Source: Octopus vulgaris
Taxonomy: Eukaryota
Reading direction: 5' to 3'
DNA: 64,000 bases
Assembly: GCA_951406725.2 (NCBI GenBank)
Contig: OX597817.1
Span: 149,172,001-149,236,000, forward strand
This document shows positions 1-11,892 of this stretch, piece by piece (positions within the stretch are counted from its first letter, which is position 1; each line of letters begins with the position of its first letter). The position numbers and the translations under genes are program-made. The notes under the pieces are model-generated. The model had not been told where the DNA came from. It saw only the letters and a program-made list of their open reading frames with translations, and did not search any database.

Positions 1-392
1 TTCTTTGTCTCTATTGGTATGTGGATTAATTTTGTCTCTTCTGACTTCACACAACTTTACAGATAATGTCAGTCTTCTATTGTACTAGAAACAACGCTGA
101 TCCTAAACTTGTAGTAGAAGAGGAAATATAAAGCGTGCTATTCAGTGAGTGATATAGGTAGCGGTGGTGGGGAGAGGTGAGATATTCGTGTCATTTCGCC
201 GTACAGCCAGCCACCGATTCCACGTCTGTGCACAGTTTACAAGTATTGCATATTACATTTATGGCTCGATTTACCAAATAGATAAGACAATGCCAAACGT
301 ATCGGTTTGTATCATCTTCAATGACGTTGATTGCTAAACTTATTAACAATTTTAGTACAGTCATTATACAAATATTCCGTCATCACTGAAGC

Positions 393-850
<458 letters not shown>

Positions 851-1224
851 ATATACTGTTGTATAGGCATGACTCTGTCGACATATGTGTGCTTATAAAT
901 TGAATGATTAACGAAGTAATTTCTTAAAATGTACAATCTTAGTTCATCTGTAGAAAAATGCTTGTGTATTGGTAAATATAAGGAATTATGGAAAGTAGGC
1001 AAGTCGTATCATTTACTGTGTAAGCCATTTAATGGTTCCGTGTCCCTGCACTCTTTAAAGTTATGTGGACAGACACATAAAACTTTTGCCATTATATGAA
1101 TTGTCATGCGAACTGTATTTTATTCACAAGGGTATTATATCATTCTGGCGAGAAGATAAAATCGAACTCGCCGCGTTCAACTAGCATTTATGTTACTCTG
1201 AATAAATATCTGAAGACAATTATT

Positions 1225-1862
1225 CATTTCTACGCAAGGCACAAGGCCCGAAATTTTGTGAGGAGGGGGCTCAGTCGATGGTACTTAATTTATTGATCTC
1301 CGAATGGATGAAAGGTAAAGTCGGCCTCGGCGAAATTTGAACTCAGGATGTAAAGACAGACGAAATGCCACTAAGCATTTCGCCCGGCGTGCTAACGTTT
1401 CTTATTCCTTTACTGCCCACAAGAGGCTACACACAGAGGGGACAGACAAGGACTGACAAACGGATTAAGTCGATTATATCCACCACAGTGTGTAACTGGT
1501 ACTTATTAAATCTCCCCCGAAAGGATAAGAGGCAAAGTCGACCTCGGCGGAATTTGAACTCAGAACGTAAGGGCAGACGAAATGCCACTAAGCATTTTCG
1601 CCTGGCGTGCTAACGTTTCTGCCAACTCGCCGCCTTCTGAAGATAATTCTTTTCTACTCTAGGCACAAGCGCCCGAAATTTTGAGGGGAGGAGCCAGTCG
1701 ATTAGATCGAACCCAGTACGTAACTGGTACTTAATTTATCAACCCCGAATGGTTGAAAGGCAAAGTCGACCTCGGCGGAATTTGAACTCAGAACGTAGCG
1801 GCAGACGAAATACTGCTAAGTATTTCGTCCGGCGTGCTTACGTTTCTGCCAGCTCGCCGCCT
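1225..1862 (-). mobile_element. SINE family A (tRNA-like head, Nin/Deu-like central domain): a dimer plus a monomer in tandem
   Basis: Reverse complement of GGCGGCGAGCTGGCAGAAACGTTAGC...GAGTTCAAATTCCGCCGAGGTCGACTTTGCCTTTCATCCTTTCGGGGTCGATAAATTAAGTACC. Flank TCTGAAGAYAATT occurs at ~1210, ~1636 and ~1866. Confidence 0.9.
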
Positions 1863-1889
1863 TCTTCTGAAGATAATTATTGATTGAGC

Positions 1890-2305
1890 ACAGTGCATAA
1901 CCATGGTTCGCTTCACAGTCATATGGATTCGCGCTCAGTCGCAATGCGTGGCAGTATCTTTGGCAAATGCTTTCTGTTATAACTATAGAGCGACCAATGC
2001 CTTGTCAATGAATTTGGTAGATGGAAGTTCAACATATGAGTATAGATGCATACATATATATGCTACTAAAGATATTTGCGTGTGTGTGTGTATGTGACAA
2101 AACCCCAGACAATGCTTGATAAACGATGTTGTTTGTTTACATCCCAGTAACTTAGCGGTTCTGCAAACGATACCGATAGAATAAGTTCCATATTATAAAA
2201 AGAAACGTATGAACAGGGGTCGCGTTGTTTAACTGAATGTTTCAGCGTGGTGCTCCAGCATGACCGTAGTCATTTGACTGAAATAAATAAAAGAATAAAA
2301 GAAAG
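1890..2305 (+). mobile_element. SINE family B, diverged copy
   Basis: Degenerate match to 6639-7055, including the internal TA/TG tract and the GTGCTCCAGCATG...GACTGAAA tail. Confidence 0.75.
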
Positions 2306-2315
2306 TTATATTATT

Positions 2316-2516
2316 TTATTCTTTTACATGTTTCAGTCATTTTACTGCGGCCATGTTGGAGCACCGCCTTTAGCCGAGCAAATCGACCCCAGGACTTATT
2401 CTTTGTAAGCCTAGTGCTTATTCCATCGGTGTCTTTTTCCGAACCGCTAACTTACGGAGACATAAACACACCAGCATTTGGGGGGGGGAGGGCAAGCACA
2501 GACACACACACACACT

Positions 2517-2564
<48 letters not shown>

Positions 2565-2727
2565 CACACACTACAGGCTTCTTTCAATTTCCGTCTAACA
2601 AATCCACTCGCAAGGTTTTGGTCTGTTTGAGGCTATAGTAGAAGATACTTACCCAAGATGCCACGCAATAGGACTGAACTCGGAACCATGTGGTTGGTAA
2701 GCAAGCTACTCACCACACAGCCACTCC
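2316..2727 (-). mobile_element. SINE family B
   Basis: Reverse complement of the 6639-7055 element; tail-to-tail with the previous copy. Confidence 0.9.
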
Positions 2728-2899
2728 TTCACGAAGTATCCAGCTTTGCATTTCATCCTTTGGAGTTCGATGAAATAAATACCTTTGAATTCTGGAATCA
2801 ACGCAATCAATCAGCTTCCTTCCCCAAAATATCAGGCCTTGTACCTGCATAGGAAAGTTATTAGTTGTACTAATTTCATGAACCCTTAAAATATTTCCG

Positions 2900-3618
2900 G
2901 GATCTTTACCTTTTGACCGACAGTTTTAAAAAACAATTTTTTGTAACTAAACACTTTCAAACTTCGGATACTGGTATAATGTGTCGTATAAAAATCTTTT
3001 ACTCTTAGCATTTTTAAGAAAAACATATATTTACGAAGTTATTTCACGTTAAAGTTCTTCTATTACGGTAATTTAAACCAATCAATGACGTGTATTCAGC
3101 TAAATAAAATTACTGCTATTGTTTGTCAACAAGAACTTCCGGCTGTGTATACTTTGTTTGTCACTGTTATTTATGACAACCCCCAACCCTAAATCCCTAA
3201 CCCTAGGCCTAAAACCCTAACCCTAATCCTAACCCTAAAACTCTAACCCTAACTATAAACCCTAACCCTAACACTAACCCTAAACCCTAACCCTAAAACC
3301 CCAACTCTAAAACCTTAAAACTAGTACAAACGCACAAATGGTGTCATAAATAACAGTGACAAACAAAAAATATACTACCGATAGTTGTTGACAAACAACA
3401 ACAGTAATTTTATTCAGCTGAATACACGTCATTGATTGGTTGAAATTACCAAAATATGAGAACTTTCACGTGAAATAACTTCGTAAATATAAGTTTTTCT
3501 CCAAAACGCTAAGAGTAAAAGCTGTTTTATATGACACAGTCTACCAATGTCCGAAGTTTGAAAGTGTTTAATTACAAAAAATTATTTTTTAAATCTGTAG
3601 GTCAAATGGTAAAGATCC
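2900..3618. mobile_element. Non-autonomous foldback DNA transposon/MITE with ~280-bp TIRs and a central degenerate (CCCTAA)n
   Basis: Termini GGATCTTTACC...GGTAAAGATCC; arms ~2900-3178 and ~3342-3618 are reverse complements; flanks TATTTCCG/GATTTCCG (7/8, probable 8-bp TSD); core 3180-3320 is telomere-like. Confidence 0.9.
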
Positions 3619-4444
3619 GATTTCCGGCATAATTTGATTGGAGTGGACATAATTTAAACTGAATACCAATAGGTTTTAGAAAAAAATACATTTAATCCTT
3701 TTAGTCTTTTTTACCAATGTGACCAACCACACGGCCTGCATTCCTGCATAATATACAGCTGTAATTAAGTAGAACCAACCAGAAATATATAATAGAGGTC
3801 AACCCACGAACGAACTGATTTCAAGACAGACTAATGATTCAGTTTCGATCGATTTTACTCCCCGTACAACACGATTGCCCTCTTTTTGTGGTAATGGCTT
3901 GTTTCTCCTTCCCTTGCAAATTTAAACTACGTGACCTGTACAAGAAACGATAATCAACTAATTTGCATGTAAAATAAATATTCATATTGCTGTTTTTTTT
4001 TAATTCTATGTCAGCGTTGATCAAGCAGTTTTAGGATCAAATAGCATTCCATTCGAGTTTATTTTGTCTTTTTTTTTCTATTTTTTCAAGCACTACATAT
4101 CTACTATCAATATACTTAATATTTCTAACAAAACAATTTGTAATTCGAGGAGGATTTTGCAGCCATTTCTAGCAATTTGATCGGCCACGTAGAAGAACTC
4201 GTTACTTTGCGTTTACGCTGTTCTTCACTGTTCAGTGATGACCACCCCGTTGACGGAAATGCTTTTTTCATTCATGGTAGGTTTATTATTATATTTCCCA
4301 GTTTATTCCTCCTATTAGAAATATACCTAGGTGTAAATCGAGGGTGAATAAGCTGCTATATCTAATAACTTAGGATGGTGGTAAAGGAACTTTATCGTTG
4401 ATTCGAGTGTACTTTATATAGTTCTCATTATTTTGTCCCAGGAG

Positions 4445-5030
4445 GGCAGCGAGCCGGCAGAAACGTTAGCACACCGGGCGAAAAGCGTAGCCGTATTTCG
4501 TCTGCCGTTACGTTCCGAGTTCAAATTCCGCCGAGGTCGACTTTGCCTTTCATCCTTTCGGGATCGATAAATTAAGTACCAGTTACGCACTGGGGTTGAT
4601 GTAATCGACTTAATCCGTTTGTATGTCCTTGTTTGTCCTCTCTGTGTTTAGCCCCTTGTGGGTAGTAAAGAAATAGGTATTTTGTCTGCTGTTACGTTCT
4701 AAGTTCAAATTCAGCCGAGGTCGACTTTGCCTTTCATCCTTTCAGGGTCGATGAAATAACTACCAGTTACGCACTGGAGTTGGTGTTATCAGCTATCCCC
4801 CTTCCCCTAGCGTAGAAATAATTATTTAGTTTCAGAAAGGCGGCAAGCTGGCAGAGTCGTCAGGGTGCAGGCTAAAATCCTTAAAAGCATTTCCTCCGTC
4901 TTTTACGTTCCGAGTTGAAATTCCACCAAGGTCAACATTGCTTTTCATTCTTTCGGGGTCGATAAAATAAGTGCCAGTCGACTTCACTCTCTCCAGAAAT
5001 TGCTGACCTTGTGCCAAAATTTGAAACCGT
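4445..5030 (+). mobile_element. SINE family A dimer (4445-4820) followed by a diverged monomer (4838-5030)
   Basis: A-box-like GGCAGAAACG, B-box GAGTTCAAATTCC, central domain, internal junction AAAGAAATA|GGTATTT. Confidence 0.9.
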
Positions 5031-5244
5031 TCCGCAGAATATCGGCCCACAGGAATCTCCTCCTTCTCGTGTCCTTACTGCATGTATTGAGTATTAACGG
5101 CATCATTTTCACCACTTTCAGAGAGCCTCAAAAGATTAAGGAGTCTTCCCCTTGCGTCCAGACTCATCAAATGCACAATTGCAATTACTATAATCAGCAA
5201 CCACCCGTGAGAAGATTAAGGTCGTTATTGTAAACCACAAAGAA

Positions 5245-5662
5245 GGCGGCGAGCTGACAGACACGTTAGAACGCCGGGCGAAATGCTTAGCGGTATTTCG
5301 TTTGTCGTTACGTTCTGAGTTCAAATTCCGCCGAGGTCGACTTTGCCTTTCATCCTTTCGGGGTCGATAAATTAAGTACCAGTTACCCACTGGGGTCGAT
5401 GTAATCGACTTAATACCTATGTCTGTCCTTGTTTGTCCCCTCTGTGTGTAATAAAGAAATGTGGGTAATAAAGAAATAGGTATTTCGTCTGTCGTTACGT
5501 TCTGAGTTCAAATTCCGCCGAGGTCGACTTTGCCTTTCATCCTTTCGGGGACGATAAATAAAGTACCAGTTTCGCACTGGGGTCGATGTAATCGACTTAA
5601 TCCGTTTGTCTGTCCTTGTTTGACCCCTTTATGCTTAGCGCCTTGTGGGCAATAAAGAAATA
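5245..5662 (+). mobile_element. SINE family A dimer with 16-bp TSD
   Basis: TATTGTAAACCACAAA at 5226-5241 and 5663-5678. Confidence 0.95.
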
Positions 5663-5855
5663 TATTGTAAACCACAAAAAAGGAAACAGTGATATAAGTT
5701 CTTTACTATCTTGAATTTTTCAATTTAAATCCTTCAGAAAGTAAGAGGGATTGATTTTTAAAATATATTAATTGTTCAAAAATACAAAACCTGATCACTT
5801 CGCATAAACTGTTAGTATTTGGTGTCAAATGTATTCAGTGAACTCAACAAGAGTT

Positions 5856-5898
<43 letters not shown>

Positions 5899-5950
5899 TG
5901 TGTCTGTGTGTCTGTGTCTGTGTGTATGCATGTGTGTGTGTGTGTGTGTC

Positions 5951-6297
5951 GAGGCGCAATGACCCAGTGGTTAGGGCAGCGGGCGTTGTGGGTGTTTATT
6001 GAGTGAAAACACCTTTAAGCTCCACGTGGCTCCAACAGGGTGTAGTAGGGGTGGTGAACGCTGTTGCATTCTTTCACCACAACTTTCTCGCCCTCTTTCT
6101 TCCTTGTTTCTGTTTCATCTGTATTTCGAAGGGGCCAGCCTTGTCACAATCTGTGTCATGCTGAATCTCCCTGATTACTACGTTAAGGGTACACGTGTCT
6201 GTGGAGTGCTCAGCCATTTGCACGTTTATTTCATGAGCAGGCTGTTCCGGTCATTGGATCAACCGGAACCCATGTCGTCGTAACCGACGGAGTTCCA
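5951..6297 (+). mobile_element. SINE family C (tRNA-Arg-like head, partly deleted) inside a (TG)n tract
   Basis: Matches 7720-8102; (TG)n on both sides. Confidence 0.9.
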
Positions 6298-6638
6298 GTT
6301 GTGTGTGTGCGCTTGTGTGTGTGTGCGTGTGTGTGTGTGTGTGTGCGTGCGTGCACTTGCTTGACTGGCAAATATGTGTCTCCTACACTGAAATTATTTT
6401 AATTTCAATACACGGCCTGTGACCGAATCACTTGCTAGATAATTGTGAGTACATCTCCGTAATTAAAAAGAAATACCTGCCCACAGTAGTGGACTTTCTC
6501 AAGGCTTCGGTGAATGAGAGTTGGGGGAATACACAGCTGCAAAAGGGTTTTAGATTGAGTCTCTGGAAAACACCATTATTATATTGCTGTCTAACGGCAG
6601 GGTCAAAGTTGAAAATTTCCAGGAAGATTATCTACATA

Positions 6639-7055
6639 GGCGTAGGAGTGGTTGTGTGGTAAGTAGCTTGCTTACGAATCACATGGTTCCGGGTTCAGTC
6701 CCACTGCGTGGCACCTTGGGCAAGTGTCTTCTACTATAGCCGCGGGCCGACCAAAGCCTAGTGAGTGGATTTGGTAGACGGAAACTGAAAGAAGACCGTC
6801 GTATATATGTATATATATATATATGTATGTGTGTGTATATGTTTGTGTGTCTGTGTTTGTCCCCACAACATCGCTTGCCAACCGATGCTGGTGTGTTTAC
6901 GTTCCCGTAACTTAGCGGTTCGGCAAAAGGGACCGGTAAAAAAGTACTAGGTTTCCAAATAATAAGTCCTGGGGTCGATTTGCTCGATTAAAAGGTGGTG
7001 CTCCAGCATGGCCACAGTCAAATGACTGAAACAAGTAAAAGAGTAAAAAGAGTAA
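6639..7055 (+). mobile_element. SINE family B, near full length
   Basis: tRNA-like head GGCGTAGGAGTGGTTGTGTGGTAAG...GGTTCAGTCCC, CCTTGGGCAAG domain, internal microsatellite, CR1-like 3' stem-loop and (GTAAAAGA)n tail. Confidence 0.93.
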
Positions 7056-7339
7056 GGGTACATGATCCTTTTCTCTCTGTCCTTATCTCCACTCGGCTTA
7101 TGAAGAAAGTGTGATGGCTTTGGTATTGGTTTTGGTGTCTAGGTTTGCTAAATAGCTTGTGTGTTGAATATTAATAAACTGGGCCTGACTTATGTAGAGC
7201 TGGTCCTACCCTCTGTCCTTCAAACTAGTATCGTTCAGGTGCAATAAATGCTACAAACCCAATAGATAACATATATGATTTCTCTAAGGCGTCTTCCTGA
7301 CACCTAGTGCAGAGAAACGCACTGTATACATTCATACGC

Positions 7340-10065
7340 CATTAAAATAAACACACCAGATTGTTCTTTTACAAAGTCATGTGATAGAGAAAAGGGGAAG
7401 AAAGACAGAGAGAACAAGGAAAAAAACATTAAAAAGTTAACAAAGAATACAAAGGACAAAGAAAATTCACAGCGACAATGCTCTTCCCAATACATGTGAC
7501 ATACCAGTTAAGACAATCTTTTGCACTTCGTGTATGGATGATAGGACAGGGGTCATTCTTAGATAATTTTCAGTTCCCTTTTTGATCATTCCAAGCGCTC
7601 CTACAATCACTGGTATTGTAACCGTCTTGAGATGCTACATCTTTTCGATTTCGATTAGCAAATCTTTATATTTTCTGAGCTTATCAACTTCTTTTACTGA
7701 GATATTATATTCACAGAGTGGAGGCGCAATGGCCCAGTGGTTAGGGCAGCGGACTCGCGGTCGTAGGATCGCGGTTTCGATTCCCAGACCGGGCGTTGTG
7801 AATGTTTATTGAGCGAAAACACCTAAAGCTCCACGAGGCTCCGGCAGGGGATAGTGGTGATCCCTGCTGTACTCTTTCACCACAACTTTCTCTCACTCTT
7901 ACTTCCTGTTTCTGTTGTACCTGTATTTCAAAGGGCCGGCCTTGTCACTCTCTGTGTCACGCTGAATATCCCCGAGAACTACGTTAAGGGTACACGTGTC
8001 TGTGGAGTGCCCAGCCACTTACACGTTAATTTCACGAGCAGGCTGTTCCGTTGATTCGGATCAACCGGAACCCTCGTCGTCGTAACCGACGGAGTGCTTC
8101 CATAGTCACAGAATATGCTCATGTCAATCAATAAACACTTTATTGTTTTGATCTTTCACAAGGTCTGGTTTATTTGATTTGAAGGTACTGTCTGTACATC
8201 CTGGGAAGTCACAAAAGCGTCATTGTATTTCCTCCTCTAGTTACAGTCTGAGGCTGGTGCTTGTACGATTTGACAGTAGTTAAGAATTTATAATGCTGAC
8301 ACGTTATACAATGTAGATATTGACCAGCTCTGTCATGTCTTGATTTGTACTCTACAGGTGCTAACACCTGACACCCAGATATTAGGTAGTCCACTGATTC
8401 AATACCATCGTTGCAGTATTCGCACTTCGGTAGCCCCAGGTCAATAAGCTCTGATCTTGATAGTTCCGGGCCAGTAAGCTCTGATCTTGAGCAGGCAAGA
8501 TAAAGCCTTCACACCCTGCCTTTAGCCCTAAGCTCCGTTGCCATTGATGGGTGAGCTTCTAGTCTCCATCAGCTTGTTTGCTACGGACTAGATATTTGCC
8601 ACGCAGAGGTTTTTGTTCCCACCTATCGGCCAATTGCTCAAACGCGTTACCTTCTTTGCAACTACAGTCGCTGCGCTTCCAACATGCTGTTCAATCTGGG
8701 TATTATACATAAACTCACTAGAAAATATGTTGCTCTCTTTCATAACAGAATAAAGCTTTTTTACGTTTCTCGTGGTTTTCAACGAGCTTTTGCATCCAGT
8801 CGTTAGATGTTTCAAGATATTTTGCCAGTCCAATTGTGGTAGTTTTGTAAGAGATTTCAAATTGGTTTTCGTTTCGACCTCTTTGAACTCTGGCTGGGTA
8901 AAGACAATCTGCATCTGCTTCTGGGTGATGCATCTTATTGCAAGTCAGCAGCTTACAGATTTCCCAGTCATTCTTTCTTATATCGCACATATTCCAGTTC
9001 AACATATTGAAAATGTAAATAACAACCGAAACTGCTAAGGAATTTATAGTTAACCTTGTTATGTGCATTTAACACGGATTTTAGGACTGCTCGAACTCTC
9101 ATGTAACATTCCTTCCTGATCTTCTCTTTCATGCTTGCATTCTGAATGCCAGAGTCCTCATTAATTCCGAGGTATTTGTAAAGTTGTTCCTGCTCGAGTT
9201 CTTTTAAAACTGTCAACATCCAACACCATTGAATGTGAGGTCTTCAGTTTCCCTTTCTGGAAAATGGCCTTGGCACATTTATCAAGAGCAAATTCCGATG
9301 TCATCCCTGAGTGCTTTCACAGAATGTAGGAGTCTTTCATGCTCGTTATTGTCTTTCCCATAGAGTTTTAAGTCATCCACATAAAATAGATGACTTATTT
9401 TCCTGTCGCCAATTATATACCCATACCCTCTTCTATTAAGTCCATTTGTAAGTGAGAGTGAGTCACTTTGGAAAATGACGCAGATGATATTGTTAATGTT
9501 TGTGGTCATTAGAGCGGAATAATTGGAGATTCGTATTCCACACTGACATGTTGTGCTTCAGGAAGTTTGATATCACGGAAGAAATTTTGAAGGTATCCAG
9601 CGATTTCAAGATCCATGAATGCGGTATGTTGTCAAAGGCCTTTTTATAATAAATCCATGAGGAACTGAGATTTCTGCGTTTGCTATGACAGTTCTCAAGG
9701 ATCATGCGATTGATTAGAAGTTGATGTTTGCATCCATATGAGCCTCGTCGACACCCTTTTTGTTCGGAGGGGAAAATATCGTTCTGTTGCATAAATTTCT
9801 GTTTTCTCCATGAGAATGGATGTAAGCATTTTACACGTAGTAGATAGACATGTTATGGGGCCGATAGTTTAAGAGAAATTCGGGAGTAGGTAAGTAATAC
9901 TTCTTGCTAAATAATCAGGATTTCTCGTAGGATTTCGCATAATTTTATTGAATAACTTGACTAACTTCCATGTGCGCACGGGAGCGATGAACATCAGAAA
10001 TTTGACACCTTATCATTACCAGTAGATTTCCACTTATGAGCCATAGTGAGTGTCATCCTTAGGTC
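7340..10065 (-). mobile_element. Decayed R4/Dong-clade non-LTR retrotransposon (RT plus C-terminal restriction-like endonuclease) with 3' UTR, interrupted by SINE C
   Basis: Motifs EQKGCRRGSYGCKHQLL, YKKAFDNIPH, IFQSDSLS, HLFYVDDLKLY, YKYLGI, HDRAGQYLH, PVIVGALGMI. ORF ends SHVLGRALSL* at ~7467; many frameshifts. Confidence 0.92.
7720..8102 (+). mobile_element. SINE family C, full length, tRNA-Arg-derived head
   Basis: GGAGGCGCAATGGCCCAGTGGTTAGGGCAGCGGACTCGCGGTC...GGTTTCGATTCCC (TCG anticodon-like loop); TSD core TCACAGA; nearly identical to 60438-60822. Confidence 0.93.
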
Positions 10066-10079
10066 TGCTATTTTGATGT

Positions 10080-10330
10080 CTTCCCATGCTTCGTAGGTAG
10101 GCATCGATCTTGGGCTGCTATGATAAACCCTTCTGTTTCAGATTTTAAGCCAGAGGCCATTAGCCATTGATGGGTAAGGGTTTTGTCAACATCGGCATTA
10201 TTCGCTCTGTTTGGGTATTTGCCATTGAGAGGTTTTTCTTGCCATTTATCAGTCAGAATCTCCAAGGCAGCAGTTTTAGCACGGGTTTTCAAGCGCTTAG
10301 CTTTTTCTGCGCTTGTTTCTCGTATGTCTA
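10080..10330 (-). mobile_element. Second R4/Dong fragment from a different subfamily
   Basis: KWQEKPLNGKY...THQWLMASGLKSETEGFIIAAQDRCLPT. Confidence 0.85.
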
Positions 10331-10479
10331 ATTATGGAGGGAATTTTAGGGCTTATAAATCTAATATTTTCCTATCCGTCCTTAATACCGGTTCCCATAT
10401 GCTATTCATATATGCACTCGATCTGCTTAGGAGGTTGTTATGTCCTAGCACATGTGCTGCATCTTTTAGCACATATTAG

Positions 10480-10850
10480 TGTGGAATACGAATCTCCAAT
10501 TCCAGTGTTGTTCTCTGTCTATTGTTTTAACTTCATCACAGGGGGAGGTGGTCTCCATTTTTCCATACATGATCAGCTATACCCTATTTTTCAATATCTC
10601 CTCATGTCACAGCTTTGCGATGTTCGTCTACCCTTATTTTGAGTGGGGCGGCATGTTTCGCCTTTGTATAACCTACCACAGCTGCATGGAATGAAGTACA
10701 CGCAGTCTTTGGTCATATTTTCTTCTACTGGTGCTTTTACCCGAAGGGGATATTTGCGAAGTGTTGCATTACACTTGAATACTGTCCTAATATCATATGG
10801 GCCGAATATATTTTGCATCTTTTCGAGAGGTCTTTCATATAGGGTAGACA
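10480..10850 (-). mobile_element. Penelope-like element fragment (GIY-YIG endonuclease region)
   Basis: ORF 10591-10818: YDIRTVFK...CVYFIPCSCGRLYKGETCRP fits the PLE VY-x-IPC-x-C-x3-Y-x-GET-x-R pattern. Confidence 0.8.
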
Positions 10851-10859
10851 GGCTATGGA

Positions 10860-11440
10860 CAGCTTATTGGTTTCATCCAAAGTCGTCTTTGCTTTTCATC
10901 CTCTCGGGGTCGATAAATTAAGTACCAGTGAAACACCGACATCAATTTAATCAATTTATCCCCTCCCTCAAAACTGCTGCCCTCGTGGAAAAATTTGAAA
11001 CCATGAGGCAGCGAGCTTGCAGAATCGTTTGCACACCAGGCGAAATGCTTATCGGTATTTCGTCTGCCATTACGTTCTGATTTCAAATTCCGCTGAGGTC
11101 GACTTTGCCTTTCATCCTCTCGGGGTCGATAAAATAAGTACCAGTTGAACGCTGGGGTCGATGTAATGGACTTAACACACCACCCCCATTTGCTGCCCTT
11201 GTAGCAAAATCTGAAACCATAATTATTATTATTAAAGCGGTGAGGCGTCAAAATTTGTAGCACGCCGTGCAAAATGCATAGCAGTATTTCGTCCCTCTTT
11301 ATGTTCGGAGTTCAAAACCCCCCGAGGTAGACTTTGCATTTCATCCTTCGGGTTCGATAAAATAAGTGCCAGTTAAACAGTGAGGTCGAAATATTGACTT
11401 ACTCCCCAGAAATTGCTGGCCTAGCTCCAAAATTTAAAAT
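10860..11440 (+). mobile_element. Three tandem diverged SINE family A copies
   Basis: Repeated central domain and ...AAATTTGAAACCAT-type tails. Confidence 0.85.
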
Positions 11441-11447
11441 TACTATC

Positions 11448-11479
11448 ATTCTTCTTCTTCTTCTTCTTCTTCTTCTTCC

Positions 11480-11542
<63 letters not shown>

Positions 11543-11558
11543 ACATCATCATCATCAA

Positions 11559-11589
<31 letters not shown>

Positions 11590-11611
11590 TTCATCATCAC
11601 AATTATCAACA

Positions 11612-11672
<61 letters not shown>

Positions 11673-11832
11673 CATCATCATCATTACTGATGTTGTTATT
11701 AATGACACTCAATTATAATGTAAAATGAAATGGTTTTCTCTCCTTCCAGCAGATGGCGTCAGTGTCTGACTCTTCTCAAGATTTCAGATAACCATTGTGT
11801 AAGAGCGAAGAAGAACAGATGAATATGATCGT

Positions 11833-11873
<41 letters not shown>

Positions 11874-11892
11874 TGATAATAATAATAATAAT
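11448..11892. repeat. Compound trinucleotide microsatellites (CTT)(ATT)(CAT)(ATT), then (AAT)n
   Basis: Direct inspection. Confidence 0.95.

Noticed and set aside
3180-3320. True telomere or chromosome fusion site
   Set aside because: Short, degenerate, single-orientation, and enclosed by transposon TIRs.
3839-3936. Possible minus-strand terminal exon after TTTCTTGTACAG
   Set aside because: Short peptide with no recognisable similarity and no other support.
7720-7795. tRNA-Arg gene
   Set aside because: It is the head of a multi-copy SINE with TSDs and has no proper acceptor stem.
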